A program made the translations under genes and the position numbers. A stretch of 64,000 bases of DNA from Candidatus Pacearchaeota archaeon (GTDB lineage Archaea; Nanobdellota; Nanobdellia; Pacearchaeales; GW2011-AR1): assembly GCA_016866955.1 (NCBI GenBank), contig VGKT01000001.1, forward strand, positions 130,556-194,555, written 5' to 3'. Under the pieces are notes generated by a model. It made no database searches. It saw nothing but the letters and a program-made list of their open reading frames with translations, and had not been told where the DNA came from. Positions 62,705 through 64,000 of the stretch are shown here, in pieces; positions within the stretch are counted from its first letter, which is position 1; each line of letters starts with the position of its first letter.

Positions 62705-64000
62705 ATGCGGGTGATTCCTTTTTGTACTTATGTCGTGCTCAGTATTTTTTTCTTGAGTATGGTGGGGGCACAACTGACGTTACAAAGCGAAACAGTCCAG
62801 CGCAACCTTACCAGTGGTCAGTTAGTAACGGGACAAGTGGTGCTCAAGAGTACGAATCATCCGGGAGAAACAAGCATTACTTCTAGTTATCCGTATAACC
62901 GAACAACATTGTTATCTTGGATAGAACAAAGTGGATTACTTGAAGGAGTTGACTATACCTGTTCCCTTCCTGGATGTAAAGCACGTACACGAGCAGTTTC
63001 TCCTCTGGCTTCCTCATTTATGCTTTCATCAAATACTACTTTTTTGTTTGGATTTAACGTTACAAAACAAGATACCTTATTAGAGGCATTTACAATGACT
63101 CTTTCTTCTGATGCTCCTGCGTCTTGCGTTACTCCATTCACTCTCACCATTGGTAATGAACGCACCCTCGTAAGTTCTGCGTATCAACCTGATCTTTTAT
63201 GTGGAGACGTTTCGTATGGTTGTTTCAATAGAGACTTGAGTAGTCTATACCAATTAGTTGAAGTTACCTCACAAGGAGTATGTTCTCGTATGCACTTACC
63301 AAGTGCTCCGGCATTTATGTTGGGAGCACGTATACAAAATACGAGCACGAGTGAATCAACACTCTCTATGAAAGTCTATCGCAACGACACTGAATTTGTG
63401 GGCGCTTGTACCTTACCTCCTTTGACACAAGCGATACAAGATGTGCGATGCACCTTTAACCAAAGTTTGCTTGCAGATTCTTATTATGTGTGTGTGAGCG
63501 CTGAACAACCCGATAGCTCATATCAAATACAAGTTGAGGAAACACTTCCAGTATGTGGAACTGCAGAATTGGGTGGACAAACAATTATTGATTTTGAAAT
63601 ATTTGCACAACCCTATGGATATGCTCCTCCTCGAACTATTTCAATACCGCAGGCATTTCAAAATCAGTATGGACAAGCACTTTCTGAATATCTTGACGAT
63701 TACCTTCTCAATACGTATGGACGAATTTGTACGGGAGGATGTACTGTCCCTTTCGGATTGCTGGGTAATGCACAACAAATTACTTTACAAAATGTAAGTA
63801 CTCGTTATAGTTCAAGTGGTCTTAAGACCACCAGTACAACGTTGTATACTGCTGAACAACAAAAACCCACGATAACGGGTAATCTTACTCTTCCTCTTGG
63901 TCCTCTGGGTATTCGTGCTCCTCTCAATCCAGGGACACAAATATTCAAATTACAAGCAGGTCCTACTACGTTACTTTCCCTCCCTCTTTCTATTATTGGA
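62705..64000 (+). CDS. secreted protein, N-terminal 432 aa (continues beyond the right edge)
   Basis: Absent from the ORF track because it is open to the window end. MRVIPFCTYVVLSIFFLSMVGAQ is a signal peptide. The protein is Cys-containing, T/S/N-rich and has no stop through 64000. Confidence 0.6.
   Translation, partial: MRVIPFCTYVVLSIFFLSMVGAQLTLQSETVQRNLTSGQLVTGQVVLKSTNHPGETSITSSYPYNRTTLLSWIEQSGLLEGVDYTCSLPGCKARTRAVSPLASSFMLSSNTTFLFGFNVTKQDTLLEAFTMTLSSDAPASCVTPFTLTIGNERTLVSSAYQPDLLCGDVSYGCFNRDLSSLYQLVEVTSQGVCSRMHLPSAPAFMLGARIQNTSTSESTLSMKVYRNDTEFVGACTLPPLTQAIQDVRCTFNQSLLADSYYVCVSAEQPDSSYQIQVEETLPVCGTAELGGQTIIDFEIFAQPYGYAPPRTISIPQAFQNQYGQALSEYLDDYLLNTYGRICTGGCTVPFGLLGNAQQITLQNVSTRYSSSGLKTTSTTLYTAEQQKPTITGNLTLPLGPLGIRAPLNPGTQIFKLQAGPTTLLSLPLSIIG

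Overview
All calls below come from reading the sequence and the ORF track by eye. No searches or folding programs were run.

This is a 64-kb chromosomal segment of an archaeon. It is compact, about 40% GC outside the rRNA, and looks DPANN-like; the lineage is an inference.

Housekeeping content
- Most of the window is informational genes, mainly on the minus strand.
- The left end carries TrmY, Cbf5, eL31, eL39, eS19, tRNA-Phe and RNase P RNA.
- A 16S-tRNA(Ala)-23S rRNA operon follows, with long perfect processing stems and no 5S gene.
- Next come uS2, RpoK and the exosome superoperon (Rrp4, Rrp41, Rrp42, SBDS, proteasome alpha).
- A complete uL3-to-uL15-SecY ribosomal protein operon runs from 25.9 to 38.4 kb.
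- PCNA and a fused PriS/PriL-CTD primase sit just right of it.

Unusual content
1. A 367-nt insertion without an ORF in 23S helix 93, at the L2593 site. It has a group-I-intron-like core.
2. A possible 65-codon ORF plus several hairpins inside the tRNA(Ala)-23S spacer.
3. An overlapping SNF2 ATPase and partner gene. The partner has a YqhG-like N-terminus and a C-terminal array of about 12 CxxC pairs.
4. The accessory-looking right end (51.3-64 kb), a type IV pilus-like locus:
   - five class-III-signal pilin genes in two subclusters;
   - a FlaI/PilB-type ATPase;
   - a platform protein split into two genes, as in TadB/TadC;
   - a 1,244-aa surface protein with LamG and glycine-rich domains, plus a second secreted protein.
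   - Two further oddities sit in the locus: an RmtB/ArmA-type (FmrO) 16S rRNA methyltransferase homolog transcribed divergently, and a perfect 109-bp tandem duplication.

Secreted or anchored cysteine-rich proteins and a secreted SNase-LTD nuclease also occur, which would fit a surface-attached, scavenging lifestyle. A recurrent CTTTAAATA/CTTTATATA box lies about 22-30 nt upstream of most first ATGs, suggesting mostly leaderless transcripts.
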